From positions 16,700 through 80,699 of the forward strand of contig PNJY01000001.1 of assembly GCA_013822125.1 (NCBI GenBank): a DNA stretch of 64,000 nt, in the 5' to 3' direction. This document shows, in pieces, positions 28,301 through 36,102 of this stretch (position 1 is the stretch's first letter; each line of letters opens with the position of its first letter). The position numbers were made by a program, and so were the translations under genes. The notes under the pieces are model-generated. The model was not told where the DNA came from and did no database searches. It saw nothing but the letters and a program-made list of their open reading frames with translations. Origin of the DNA: Erythrobacter sp. Lineage in GTDB: Bacteria > Pseudomonadota > Alphaproteobacteria > Sphingomonadales > Sphingomonadaceae.

Positions 28301-30762
28301 GCGGCAACGACCGTTTCTGGGGCGGGGCGGGCAATGACCTCCTCTACGGTGGCGTAGGCACCGACAGCGCCTATTTGTTCGGAGTGCGGAGCAGCTATTC
28401 GCTGGTAACGCAGGCCGGAGCGCTTGGTCTCAGGGTCACCGATCTCGGGGCCATCGCGCACGGCGACGACGGGATTGACCAGCTCTCCTCGATCGAACAG
28501 CTGGTGTTCCGCGGTGGCGAGACCATCAACATCGCCTCGCCGATCATTCTCGATCTTGACGGCGATGGCGTCAGGACGTTGTCGGCGGTGCAGAGCGAGG
28601 CGCGCTTCGATCTTGATGGCGACGGGCTGGCTGACGACACCAGCTGGATCAGCGCCGGCGACGCCTTCCTTTACCTTGACCGGGACAGCAACGGCACGGT
28701 GTCGGGATACGAGGAAATCAGCTTCGTCGACGATGTGCCCAATGCCAGAACCGATCTTGCTGGGCTTGCCGGTTTCGACAGCAACAGTGACCGCGTGCTC
28801 GATGCGCGCGATGCGCGCTTTGCCGACTTTGGCGTATGGCGCGATGCCGATGGCGATGGCGCGGTGGACGAGGGCGAAACTGCCAGCCTCGCAGCGGTCG
28901 GAATCCGCTCCCTCAATCTGGTGGGCACCCCGGTCAACCAGGTCACCGAATTCGGCGAGGTCGCGATTGCCAACACCGGCAGCTTAACACTGACCAACGG
29001 CACCACCCGCAGCTTTGCCGATGCGGCGCTGACCTATTTTTCGGCAGCGACCAACCTGCCATCGTTGGGCGTCACCCAATACGACTTCGACCGAAAGGCT
29101 TCGAAGTTCCGGATCAGCGCGGCGGGCGGCGCGCTGACGGTGGGTTCACGCAACACGCGATCCGACGTCGATCCGCTGGCCGGACAGCTTGGGGCCAACA
29201 CCATCTTGAATTTCCGCGATGGTGACTATGGCATGTTCGCGCCGGTCGTCCTCGATCTCGATGGTGATGGTGTCGAACTCGTCAGTCGCAAGAAGTCGCG
29301 AGCTGGCTTTGATTATGCTGGCGACGGTGCAGCCGATGACACGGGCTGGATCGGCCGCGATGATGGCTTTCTGGTGATCGACCGTAACAATGACGGTCTG
29401 ATCACCGAGGCGGCCGAATTGTCGCTGGCAAGCGAGGATGAAGAGGCCCGCGGCGGCCTTCAGGGCCTTGCACGGCTTGACAGCAACAGTGATGGCGTGG
29501 TGGACCAGAGCGACGCCCGCTTTGGGGAACTACGCGTCTGGCGCGACGGCAACGGCAACGGGCGAACCGATGCGGGCGAATTGCTCACTCTGGAGCAAGC
29601 CGGTGTCGTCGCGATCCGCCTCAATGCTGTGACACCGACGCAGCAGAACATGAAGCTCGACCGGAATATGATCGCCGCGACGGCGAGCTTTGTGCGCACC
29701 AACGGTTCCACCAGCACGGTAGCCGACGTGTCACTCGCCTATCGGCCGGTATCAGCACCGGCTGCGCCAGTTGCAGCATTTGATCTCGCCGAGAGGTTAG
29801 CTGGCTTTGACACAGACCTGTTCCTCGCGCCGCGCGAGATTGATCGTCAGAGCCGGTTTGATCAATTGCCGTCGGTCAGCGAGTTGGCCGCCATGCTCAG
29901 CAGAGCTGATGCGGAGACTGTGTCAGACATGTTCGACCGCGTGTCGGCGGCCGCGACGCCTGCCCGTGTGCGCTCGGCGCAGCAGGTTACCATTGCTCCT
30001 CAGGCGACCGAGGCCGTGCCTTTGCCACCACGCGTGTTCGATCCGTCATCGCTCTACTTCGCGATGTACGATTCAGTCAGGCTGAACGCTTGGCGGGGCG
30101 GTGTGGGCGAACTGGCAGACATTGGCCTTGAGGGAGTGGTGCTGTCCGAACCCGGACAGGTTCCTCACAATAAGAGCGGAAATTCTGACCCATTCCTAAT
30201 CGATGGGATGTCGGACGAGCCTTCGCCTGGCCCAAGCGAACCGAGGCAATTGCTGAATCAGTCGGCGCACGAGCTCTGGGGCAGTCCGGCCTGGATCGGC
30301 AGTCTACCGGTGTCGGAAGCGTCGGCCGAAGCTAACCCGCCGTCAACTGCGTTTGTGCCGGCTACATCGTCGAACTCGCCGGTTACCCGGGACGACAGCA
30401 GGTCAACCGAGGCAGCACAGCCCGCATCGAACAATCCGCACGAAGCGTTGGCAAAAGCAGAAGCCGTCGTGGAACCTCCGACCTTGGAGCAAACAGATCA
30501 TCTCCGTCTCGATCCCGCGCAGCACGAGCTCTGGGGCGGGCCGCTGCATGTCAGCCTTTTTGGGTCTTCTCCTGAAAGCGAAGAACCTGGTGTGTTCATC
30601 GAAGCAGCGACATCCGATGCGATGCATGGACTGGCTGATGTAGAGATCGCGCGTAAGCTGGCCATGATCCGGCAGGATTTGAGCACCTTCGGCGCGACAG
30701 GAGTTGGCGAGGTCGAACGACTTCGCCAGCTTCCGGCGCAGGCGATGGATATCTTCGCCTGA
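16327..30762 (+). CDS. giant RTX/calcium-binding T1SS substrate (4811 aa): N-terminal lipase-like domain, RTX repeats, Ig/cadherin-like repeats, two CBM2-like domains
   Basis: GHSLGG at 16744-16761; many GGxGxDxLxG repeats; three (I/V)(I/V)LDLDGD modules; NDAP-type repeats at ~25330-27370; CBM2-like Trp motifs at ~27400-28080; no Sec signal; adjacent to hlyBD. Confidence 0.92.
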   Translation: MLSPDVFLSLLALDAYNRGYGRGVFANGSANDDSEAGRKIGNATILNVDLPAGSEAVGFYAIAYELDGAKIISYRGTNFEFNSLNEFLSSPAILDIYNGWGIGGGYAPSSQAQLAINFYESVAGGLSIYDTNGGTTTLVGHSLGGGLAGFVGALGKVDTFAYDHMPFMKAAEAQALSVALSRALDAARAQFDSSLGLSSLVAPALAGPGSPLYDVLQAFTDEFVDQWRRVRPSAETIKGIYVEGELVVPIRALDSAINGIDGSLLAPLLVYLRGALSALDVEGNYSEDIVVKDPVSNRGIEFGGGFADLVGRHSISLLTILQFGEKQWSAERGQEGWKNSAKFIFDKISDDGIGSSVGLRQGQTGGASEGDQLSSVVAYSAINEGTRLFGDTGIRALFNDADDLGRLLGRTYNVLSEETTNLIGGLIAEFSGLLAKNQVLSASSPQALSGVISVGESSPYLTIRTDRDYWSTFGDNPTFFSRQSSLLISNIFKENLSGAAQSELRSWLNEAASKKGFQITPLTTLAEYIDYVSFTFAGDSLFRGNDDPSYNGFQLFVGQDGNQSVGPEAGFKNTLLEGSDIFIGANGRNHLLGLGGHDALIGGRGVDELDGGAGDDLIVGGRGPDTLKGGSGKDIIHAGDFDEAEDSAGDTLTGGTGDDIFYIGNGDRITDIDRGDTVFLRGKRLSGGKETKPGSRIFLDEQGGRFVWAADGTLTYSINPTISIEGFRNGYGGIRLIEAEDDEEDDDGGNDDDDGGRPDFDPAERLRDPLIIDLDGDRNVISGRDSVAAYFDIDNDGFSERVSWARAGDGFLVRDLDGNGLIETGSELFGTGAVDSSAAQLQPFGEDGFAELALLDSNFDGAITAADTLFSQLRVWIDANLDARTDAGELVTLESLGIVSISLSTFDSDHVAITNDASVITRASTVGFANGSTRTIYDAYLSVDQFDARELAGDVTVDERIADLPFLLGSGNVSDLDIAMSRDAGLAELVREFSELTIENAHEILERAQQILLRWTGADQVAPDSRGPNINAQWLHALEAITGEEFVQSGSIGSDPRGDAAGVLIGEWQSLVTRTAARLVGQIPLGDALTPGLSFEGAAFFTVADGTTLHSILTSAAANQPTSKSEAIGYWAALVEILGMYREFLPIEAGVTGPPLVEEFDARLGAALTEAGIPFSLEDLRRILTVSSGEDKVIGRTRGAPTSLNDLIIIQGDAGRVDGASGDDIYVVGKNVGALDIVDASGNNELFLSDFLASDITVVAVVEDGRSWLRFSDASGALNMRVRVDVDVDSIETAVQNVRFGDGTTSNIFELIEGGGAALGVIFAGDGSDPVAGTAADDLIVGVGANNSYLFARGAGSDTIFDLSGEGDRIIVAGSVSDVEFTVGRTDDGDDLILRFRDTGESLRVVGHRSDRGREIELFEFADATLTLAQVDSILNSGSPSEDTIVGSRRDDLISGFAGDDILQGMGGRDTYFFDLGWGQDRIVEADSANAIVFGASVRVSDITAERGNNGDLVLRSSAGDKITIVGGLRSPIVTSFAFADGTTKTLTDIVDQLLAGGTNTISGTAADEELIGTAESETFVGNGGNDTFRGFGGVDFYRIDAPFTRVFGSAAGIDTLIAPTGAVLADLRFDDDRHVFVFGRNGPVAYADSELDYVRFSDGALVDLTGPGISLGTAGNDFLYSTGRAPTTFRSGAGNDVIIGSAKESALDTYEFEVGFGNDTIYDLGGQADRITFLSPELSVANATFQKIGSNLVIAFNSGDRLTIEGHFWNYSYDNGIPDLLGQDSGGIEFFTFGDGQSFAGVSSFLSSVTAGDDLVMSGSFAGLRDGGAGNDILFGGREANTYIFRAGYGHDIIKDDGGNNQSVRFFGLEPDDVVITRDPSDPFSIVFTIAATGETLTIDGSPDDGFLPDRDPRAALNERGLNIQQFVFSSVTLTAGDILDRVFAAEGTDGDNVIWGINSDRDIRPGLGNDIINIGNGQERVVIGPNSGSKIITFDPDGSRPESGPGSFSVFFEGISLTDLILVEVNEANGQTGRHLQLIAGETVVTILNGLDPRFNQVSRTEEGVVPRFSIQSDDAELDFGQGDTGAPIFIPLGPVSALVQGTDGADFLRAPRSFDGTPLPSQVIDPLADDDTIFGSSEGETVRFDVGYGVDRYEWAGGPLTVEVGEGLSRDDINISWSKTEPGLVEIGINGTSDKLIFDARALAKIRVGGETLTTGAYPDSDISSLPASSVEPDQQLRSGSGDERIIATGGSATIVIAPTSGSDYLEDARLDAAAGGIDGLDGWSPNTLVIDEIGSVDQLRFIVESGRPNDLIIEKPNGERITILNQFAFGIPDVAPPLRSPDIDGDGSADWANFDLNGDGAPDFAALDPDGDGTPGWLSVDLNGDGANDWTTFATASASFDGGEVYAEDYDLDGNFEYYSFYADDLFFAARDVDFDGVADEYSEDGLVWTPAPQDPAGNVEWSLLDINGNGVSDLDGFATLGGPSWLSAFNPQTGATGWSVRGFGELYDADGAFVAERQFDLATGASTYFVYGDGASDDNTTFIAQDIDGDGQPDLVGADFTGDLVADPIADTNVPVVVSRIVLRQSTPPFFTERQVPLGSVISRIEFVASPPVTVLNLADFRDPATDGADHLLLGTGEELDSLAGDDVVTSFGEGGVFRWSAGDGNDLFKSTLRIPGGDNFAGPATTALDTIRFDGILDPAQLRFLVSATNPANLVVEIIATGERLTIEGQLGALDGGQRAAPPVARFVFGSGVVLTAGEVATLLRDPVDVDGSDTQTTNNEGGLLDAGANADGEAIDQLRGGTGNDIYRFGREYGEDLVLDAGGVDAVQFGSEITRDELFFSRTGQGGKDLLIEVLGADRLALTIVNQFAGEANRIESFVFDDGSRLSWQAVQEIILDIAETNSDDEIRGFLTDDIIRGGRGNDVLTGGGGNDQIFGGEGRDRAIFTGRQDEYDISTNGEITIVTDSVANRDGVTRLISVEDLQFRADDAVTPIAPVNIAPVVNNVTLEGNEDATLLIDAATLLAAATDPNGDQLRIANVGAAFKGKVWIGVDGNVRFLPDIDFAGEAGFDFVISDGNGGLTTARALVSVRGSNDAPRIAVEGRTFTTFEDRPIDWFLPTGAITDPDGDPLVFEARLSSGEPLPDWLTFDGNRFTGTPPSDFNGLLAIVLTASDGNVTTSSNLTIEVLPINDAPRQVSALADQIFRPGEAFAFTLPTNTFLDVEGDPLSFDIVSSDGSLLPDWLTIDGLTISGTIPDGQVAPVNLALRASDGASTSIATFAINPAPNAAPTVGTQLGPVSGTEDQAFSFTLPDNVFVDADQDSLAITAVLSDGSPLPSWLSFENATFSGSPPQDFNGVLAIRLSATDGRASVSQNFVLTINPVNDAPVLVVPLADAESPEDTGFSVSIPTETFGDVDGDALTFSATLAGGAPLFDWLRLEGSTIVGTPPQDFNGDIDIVVLASDGLLSASDTFRLTISSTNDAPVVLVPLPDFTVAEDQPIMLDRLTAGFGDDDGDALTFTLTGANGAALPTWLSLANGQLVGTPPANLNGVFDLELRASDGAQSVVDAFRLTLSPVNDAPVLAQPLTDQTATGIGPVSITIPAGAFTDPDGDALTYTARLADGSELPQWLAFNAASRTFTGTAPNANAALNVRLTASDGALSASDDFLLTVTAQAENGGSSTGFRQVGLNSWFNPSWGGGYNVTFEYQVQPDAIVDGRLKAWDILASYTGPGTITNGWVSGFPGTTTFQIVPGGARFTNTGQSYQPSLGEGTRFQVSVQVDGAAYNPAHFGLSIFDRDPAFNLADDSDTLLTVAPTSVWAGGLSQNLTLRNTGATAIDGWQVVLDVPTGVTLNITSVWGATATTLTSGDIMFRALSSNESVATGAETSFGFNASYSGVSTLPLSRGMFSFTDGDARQFDAVIASLTGTGLTSNWRYGTAAVDALTAPTTADTRLFGGVGADTINGNAGADWIAGGSGDDVLYGNGGNDRFWGGAGNDLLYGGVGTDSAYLFGVRSSYSLVTQAGALGLRVTDLGAIAHGDDGIDQLSSIEQLVFRGGETINIASPIILDLDGDGVRTLSAVQSEARFDLDGDGLADDTSWISAGDAFLYLDRDSNGTVSGYEEISFVDDVPNARTDLAGLAGFDSNSDRVLDARDARFADFGVWRDADGDGAVDEGETASLAAVGIRSLNLVGTPVNQVTEFGEVAIANTGSLTLTNGTTRSFADAALTYFSAATNLPSLGVTQYDFDRKASKFRISAAGGALTVGSRNTRSDVDPLAGQLGANTILNFRDGDYGMFAPVVLDLDGDGVELVSRKKSRAGFDYAGDGAADDTGWIGRDDGFLVIDRNNDGLITEAAELSLASEDEEARGGLQGLARLDSNSDGVVDQSDARFGELRVWRDGNGNGRTDAGELLTLEQAGVVAIRLNAVTPTQQNMKLDRNMIAATASFVRTNGSTSTVADVSLAYRPVSAPAAPVAAFDLAERLAGFDTDLFLAPREIDRQSRFDQLPSVSELAAMLSRADAETVSDMFDRVSAAATPARVRSAQQVTIAPQATEAVPLPPRVFDPSSLYFAMYDSVRLNAWRGGVGELADIGLEGVVLSEPGQVPHNKSGNSDPFLIDGMSDEPSPGPSEPRQLLNQSAHELWGSPAWIGSLPVSEASAEANPPSTAFVPATSSNSPVTRDDSRSTEAAQPASNNPHEALAKAEAVVEPPTLEQTDHLRLDPAQHELWGGPLHVSLFGSSPESEEPGVFIEAATSDAMHGLADVEIARKLAMIRQDLSTFGATGVGEVERLRQLPAQAMDIFA

Positions 30763-31002
30763 CAAAGGCAGCTTGCTCGGGAGTAGGTAGCGGTGGCTCG
30801 GAATTCACAAGGGTCGTTGGACCTTAACTCCCGAACAGTGCCTCACTGGTTGAACGGTCGAAGTCTACGCGCCAACAGGGGAGTGCTGATAATGCATGTC
30901 TCGATCATTCCGCAAAGGAGGATCGTCTATCGCAGCCCGGTAAGCGCGCTCCCCACGAGCCACGCGGCAACAAACCAAGCAGTCGGAACTAAGGCCGGCA
31001 TC

Positions 31003-31995
31003 TCAGGGAAGGGCGGGGAACTTTCGCCGACGGCTGTGAACGAGTTCCCGAAGAATTTCAGGCTGAAGTACTTCGACCGAGGTGCCCCAAGCGTAAAGAT
31101 GCCAGCACATTTCAAGCAGGCCGGAGGCGCGAAACCTTACTAGCAGAGATCCGTCACGTTCCTCCTCGACAACCTGTGTCGGGTGAAAAACAAAACGGCG
31201 TGCATGCGCGGCAGCCTCCGGAGAAAAGCGCCAGACCACATCGCCATATTCAGCGGCATTCTCGTATGAACCGAAACCCCGTTTGGCGTGCTCGTGAATA
31301 TCGAAACCGGCATCGAACTCGAAGCTCTCCGGCAGCACCTCAGCCTCGGTGATCTCCTCGACCCGGTAGTGCTGGAGCGGGGCAGACGCTGGCTTTGCAG
31401 TGTCCCTTGCGACAAGATAGCGCCGCACTCCCAGGAGCAGACCATGCGGGGCTACGATACGGTCGACGGGCTTCGCCTGACCCCGCTTGCGATAAGGGAA
31501 GCGCAACAAGAAAGGCCCCTTGAGCGCCTCATAGATAGCCGTGTCCACTTCGCGAATGGCGGCTGGTTTCGGGCCCGGCCGAGCAGCATGGCCGAGGGCT
31601 TCCAGGAGAGCTTCCTCGTCGACCGCCAGCCTTGTGCCTTTCTCCGGCGGAACCAGAGCTCTGACCTTCTGCGCCAGGCTGCGCGTCAGCGCCGCTTCCT
31701 GCAGCATGCCTGCCTGCTCAAGCTGGGCGATGCCGGTCGAAAGCGCGGCAAGCTCTTCGGATGAGGGCGACAGCAGGGTAGCCACATGCCGCGCGGGGAT
31801 GTGCCAGCGCTTCCTGCGATCCTCGCCCTCACTGGTTTCCGTTTGAGGAAAGGCGGCCTCGAGCGCCTCGGTCATGCGCTGCGCCGTTCGATAGACGCAG
31901 CCGAATTCCTCGATGATCTCCTCGAGGGTAACGCCGCTGCGGCGCGTGGCCATCATCGCGAGCTTCAAGAGCTCCTGTGCCTTGGCAAAGGACAT
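31003..31995 (-). CDS. WYL-domain transcriptional regulator (HTH-WYL-WCX)
   Basis: N-terminal wHTH (TLEEIIEEFGCVYRTAQR), PHGLLLG.RRYLVA..., YRVEEI WYL core, C-terminal WGTSVEVLQP. Confidence 0.92.
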   Translation of the reverse strand: MSFAKAQELLKLAMMATRRSGVTLEEIIEEFGCVYRTAQRMTEALEAAFPQTETSEGEDRRKRWHIPARHVATLLSPSSEELAALSTGIAQLEQAGMLQEAALTRSLAQKVRALVPPEKGTRLAVDEEALLEALGHAARPGPKPAAIREVDTAIYEALKGPFLLRFPYRKRGQAKPVDRIVAPHGLLLGVRRYLVARDTAKPASAPLQHYRVEEITEAEVLPESFEFDAGFDIHEHAKRGFGSYENAAEYGDVVWRFSPEAAAHARRFVFHPTQVVEEERDGSLLVRFRASGLLEMCWHLYAWGTSVEVLQPEILRELVHSRRRKFPALP

Positions 31996-32005
31996 CGAAA
32001 ATCTC

Positions 32006-32024
32006 CATGACAGCTTTTGTCATG
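32006..32024. promoter_or_regulatory. palindromic operator CATGACA-N5-TGTCATG
   Basis: Perfect 7-bp inverted repeat in the 63-bp gap between the divergent WYL and helicase genes. Confidence 0.7.
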
Positions 32025-32058
32025 CGGTTCGGCTATAGCTTAGGCAAGGGAGCTATGC

Positions 32059-35000
32059 ATGCGATTTGTCGAAGGAAAACTCCGCTACTCGGCCTCGGAC
32101 CTGATGCGCTTCAAGGGGTGCCGGCACGCCACCACACTTGACCTGCGCCTCCTGGAGATCGGAGATATCCGCCCGAAGGACGACAGCGCTGAGGCAGAGC
32201 TGCTCCAGCGCCAGGGAGACGAACACGAACTCGCCTTCCTTGAAAGCCTGCGCGCAGAAGGGCGCGTGGTCACCGAGATCCCCAAGGACGGCATTACGCT
32301 CGAAGAGGCTGTAGCCTTGACCCTGGAAGCCATGGCCCGAGGCGCCGACATCATCTTCCAGGGGGCGCTGCTGGACGGAGAATGGGGCGGCTACACGGAC
32401 TTTCTCGAACGGGTCGAGCGCGCCTCCAGTCTCGGCGGCTGGTCCTACGAGGTCGTCGACACCAAGCTCAAGCGCAAGCCCGATCCCAAGCACGTCCTTC
32501 AGCTGTGTCTCTACAGCGATCTGCTTGCGAAGGTGCAGGGCTCTGCGCCCGAAAGCGCCCACCTTCAGCTGGGTGACGGAAGCCGATATTCGGTGCGCCT
32601 TGCCGATGTATCCGCCTATGCACGGCATGCCCGCGCGATGCTTGAAGGCTTTGTGACCGAAAGGCCTGCAACCCGAGCCGAGCCCGTTTCCTCATGTGGT
32701 CTGTGCCGGTGGAGCGACCATTGCCATGCACAATGGGAGCAAGAAGACAGTCTTGCACTGGTTGCAGGCATAACGCGCAGCCAGCGCCAGAAGCTCGAGG
32801 CGGCGGGCATTACGACGATGACGGCACTGGCTGGGAGAACCGAGCGGGTGCCGAAGATGGCCGCTGAAACCCAACGCAAGCTGGTAGCACAAGCGCTTTT
32901 GCAGTCCGCCCGTCGGAATGGCGGTGCCCCGAGCTTCGAATTGCGGGTGCCTGAGCCGGGCAAAGGCTTCGGCCTGCTGCCAGAACCGGCGGAAGGCGAC
33001 GTATTCTACGATATCGAGGGCGATCCCTATTTTCCCGGCGGTCTCGAATATCTCCACGGTGTCTGGTTCATGGAGGATGGCCAATGGCAGTTCCAAGCCT
33101 TCTGGGCCCATGATCGCGAGGCGGAAGGCAAGGCCATGAGCGACCTGCTTGGCTTTCTAGTCGAGCGCATGCGGCGATATCCCAAGGCCCATATCTACCA
33201 CTACGCCAACTACGAAATCGCCGCCTTGCGCCGCCTGACCGCTGCACACCGAACCGGCGAGGCAGCCATGGACCAGCTTCAGCGAGAGCGGCGCTTCGTG
33301 GACCTTTTCAAGGTGGTCGGCGGCGGTCTCATCGCTTCGGAGAAGGGCTATTCGATCAAGGATCTCGAAGCCTTCTACATGGAGAAGCGGGCTGCCGATG
33401 TCGCAACCGCCGGAGCCAGCGTCGTATTCTACGAGGAATGGCGTCAGACCGGCGAACAGCGGCTGCTCGATGAAATCCATGACTACAACCGGACCGACTG
33501 TGTTTCGACGCAGCTCCTCATGGATTGGCTGGTCAAGGATGTGCGTCCGACTGGAATGCCCTGGCCCGTGCTCGGCGATGTTCCCGCTGCCGGCCCGCTT
33601 TCGAACGTCGCAGCGGAAGACGAAGAACTCGATCTCTTGCGGCAGCGCCTTGAACCGGTGCGCGCACGCCTCGGGGAGCGCGTCGCCACCTTGCTGCTCG
33701 ATCTCAGCCAGTTTCACAAGCGCGAGGACAAGCCTGCCTATTGGGCGATCTTCGACCGGCTTGCGCAGGAAAGCGAGGAGCTGCTTGACGACCTGGAATG
33801 CATACAGGGGCTCGTGGCAATCACCGGACCTGTACAGGTCACCGCCAAATCCTCAGAGCGGACTTACCGCTTCCCCGAACAGGAAACCAAGCTTCGCGCG
33901 GGCAAGACGCCATGCATCAAGCCTGCAGCCATGCCCGAAGAGGTGCAGCTGCAATCCATCAACCACGACGAGCGAACTCTCATCTTGCGTCGCTCGCACG
34001 TCAAGGGCCCGCTCCCTGACAGGCTCGACTTGCTTCCGCCAAGGCCGCTGCAGAACAAGATCCTCCGGGAGTCGCTGATGGCTGTGATCGAAGAGATCAT
34101 TGCCGCTTCCGGCCAGGTCACCGCGATCGAGCAGCTCCTGACCCGCGCCATCCCGGCGTTTGTCGATAGTGCGCGTCCCGGCAGCATTGTTCGGCAAGAT
34201 GGGGAGCTCGTCGAGGAGACGAGCCGCGCCATTGCCGCCATGGATTGCTCGACGCTTGGCATCCAGGGGCCGCCCGGTACGGGCAAGACCTTTGTCAGTG
34301 CCGCGTCGATCAACGATCTGGTGCAGTCCGGGAAGCGGGTCGCTGTCGCATCGAACAGCCACAAGGCGATCGGGAATCTGCTCAAGGCCGTGGCTGAACG
34401 AGCACAAGATGGTGGGAAGGCGATCTCGATCGTCCAGAAGGTATCCGATGGCGACGACGCCGACGATCATCCCATGATCATCGCCGTGACCGACAACAAT
34501 GCGCCGGAAATCAGCCGCGCGGATGTCGTCGGATCCACCGCGTGGCATTTCGCCCGCTACGATACGCCTGCCTTCGACTACCTCTTCGTCGACGAGGCTG
34601 GCCAGGTTTCACTCGCCAACATCCTGGCGATGGGGCGATGTGCGCGAAACATCGTCCTCGTGGGCGATCCGATGCAACTTCCCCAACCGCTGCAGGGCAG
34701 CCATCCGGGCGAGAGCGGGCTCTCCTGCCTCGAATACCTCATCGATGGGCACCGGGTCATTCCAGCCGAGCGCGGCATCTTCCTCCCCATCAGCCGCCGC
34801 ATGCATCCGAATATCTGCCGCTTCATTTCCCAGGCTGTTTATGAGGGGCGACTGGACAGCGATGCAGCCGCGGCCGCGCAGTCTCTCGTGTCATCAGCGG
34901 GCGACAACCTCGTTGGTGCGCAGTTCAGACCTGTCGAGCACACGGGGCGATCACAGGTCGCCCCTGAAGAAATTGCAGCAATCCGCGCGACAATCGAGGC

Positions 35001-35394
35001 CCTGGTCGGCTCGGTCTATTGCGACCGGAACGGCAACGAGCGCGTCATTGCTCACGGCGACATTCTTGTGGTTGCTCCCTACAATGCGCAGGTCAATGCG
35101 CTCAGGGCCGCCTTGCCGCTCGAGGTGCCCGTCGGAACCGTCGACAAGTTCCAGGGACAGGAGGCGCCGATCTGCCTTGTGTCGATGACGACGTCGAGCG
35201 GCGAGGAATTGCCTCGCGACATTGCGTTCTTGTTCTCGCTCAACCGGATCAATGTGGCGGTTTCTCGGGCGCAGGCGGCGGCGATTGTGTTCGCAAGCCC
35301 ATCATTACTCGAAACACCGTGCCGGACGGTAGAGGACATGGCGCTGGTGAATGTCCTTTGCCTTCTTCGCGAGCTTTCATCGGGCGATCCCTGA
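32059..35394 (+). CDS. TM0106-family RecB-like nuclease / RNase H-like / superfamily 1 helicase fusion
   Basis: PD-(D/E)xK-like TDFL..YEVVDTK; FYDIEGDP/IYHY RNase H-like region; GPPGTGKT, VDEAGQ, TVDKFQGQEA, NRINVAVSRA. Confidence 0.92.
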   Translation: MRFVEGKLRYSASDLMRFKGCRHATTLDLRLLEIGDIRPKDDSAEAELLQRQGDEHELAFLESLRAEGRVVTEIPKDGITLEEAVALTLEAMARGADIIFQGALLDGEWGGYTDFLERVERASSLGGWSYEVVDTKLKRKPDPKHVLQLCLYSDLLAKVQGSAPESAHLQLGDGSRYSVRLADVSAYARHARAMLEGFVTERPATRAEPVSSCGLCRWSDHCHAQWEQEDSLALVAGITRSQRQKLEAAGITTMTALAGRTERVPKMAAETQRKLVAQALLQSARRNGGAPSFELRVPEPGKGFGLLPEPAEGDVFYDIEGDPYFPGGLEYLHGVWFMEDGQWQFQAFWAHDREAEGKAMSDLLGFLVERMRRYPKAHIYHYANYEIAALRRLTAAHRTGEAAMDQLQRERRFVDLFKVVGGGLIASEKGYSIKDLEAFYMEKRAADVATAGASVVFYEEWRQTGEQRLLDEIHDYNRTDCVSTQLLMDWLVKDVRPTGMPWPVLGDVPAAGPLSNVAAEDEELDLLRQRLEPVRARLGERVATLLLDLSQFHKREDKPAYWAIFDRLAQESEELLDDLECIQGLVAITGPVQVTAKSSERTYRFPEQETKLRAGKTPCIKPAAMPEEVQLQSINHDERTLILRRSHVKGPLPDRLDLLPPRPLQNKILRESLMAVIEEIIAASGQVTAIEQLLTRAIPAFVDSARPGSIVRQDGELVEETSRAIAAMDCSTLGIQGPPGTGKTFVSAASINDLVQSGKRVAVASNSHKAIGNLLKAVAERAQDGGKAISIVQKVSDGDDADDHPMIIAVTDNNAPEISRADVVGSTAWHFARYDTPAFDYLFVDEAGQVSLANILAMGRCARNIVLVGDPMQLPQPLQGSHPGESGLSCLEYLIDGHRVIPAERGIFLPISRRMHPNICRFISQAVYEGRLDSDAAAAAQSLVSSAGDNLVGAQFRPVEHTGRSQVAPEEIAAIRATIEALVGSVYCDRNGNERVIAHGDILVVAPYNAQVNALRAALPLEVPVGTVDKFQGQEAPICLVSMTTSSGEELPRDIAFLFSLNRINVAVSRAQAAAIVFASPSLLETPCRTVEDMALVNVLCLLRELSSGDP

Positions 35395-35600
35395 GCTGGC
35401 GCCATGCTTCCGCCGTGGTGCCGGAAGATTGATCTTCTTAAGGCACGGCGAAGCGCATCCTTCCATCAGCCTGGTCGAGCCGCTTCTGAAGCACTTGCGT
35501 GTTCCAGGATGCCCCATCTCTCCCGCGCCGATGGTCATAGTTCCGGAAATGAGAAGAGGAGGTGAAAAGATTGGCTTGAAGCCAAGGAAAGGAAAAAATT

Positions 35601-36080
35601 ATGGAGTTCAGATATCTAAACTACCGCCACAAGGAATTCAGCATGCCGGAGTTCTGGCCGGACATTCATGTCGAGCCTTGTACGACGATCCACCGGGAGG
35701 ACGAAGTTCTACGCTTCTTCGAGCGGTTCAATAACCTGCTTGCCCAGCTGACCGGATACACTCCTGCCTACAGGCCCCTGTTCAAGCAAATTGGCGTTCT
35801 CGAGGGTGTGACGCATATTCGCTATTTCCGCGCGGATACGGGCAAGCAGTACGTGGCGAACTCCTGCGCGATTGACGACGTCATGGATGCTGACGAGATT
35901 TCCAACTGCGCATTCATGGTCCCCCAATTCCACGTGCATCGCCCCCGCTCGATCCGGCCGATCCGGATCAAGGAAGGTGAAGCTCTACATGTCGCTGTCG
36001 ACGCGGATTTTGAATACTGGGGATGGTATCCGAATGCCTATGACCCGGTAATGCTTCGCTACACAGCCGACATCATCTGA
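35601..36080 (+). CDS. hypothetical protein
   Basis: 159-aa ORF with an AGGAAAGGA RBS-like sequence; no motif recognised. Confidence 0.65.
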   Translation: MEFRYLNYRHKEFSMPEFWPDIHVEPCTTIHREDEVLRFFERFNNLLAQLTGYTPAYRPLFKQIGVLEGVTHIRYFRADTGKQYVANSCAIDDVMDADEISNCAFMVPQFHVHRPRSIRPIRIKEGEALHVAVDADFEYWGWYPNAYDPVMLRYTADII

Positions 36081-36102
36081 ATCGTGCTTGCTGCCAGCGT
36101 CC

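Noticed and set aside
30763-31002. Possible tRNA/att site or structured RNA at the boundary between the T1SS and defence blocks
   Set aside because: No cloverleaf, T-loop motif, strong terminator or repeat partner found
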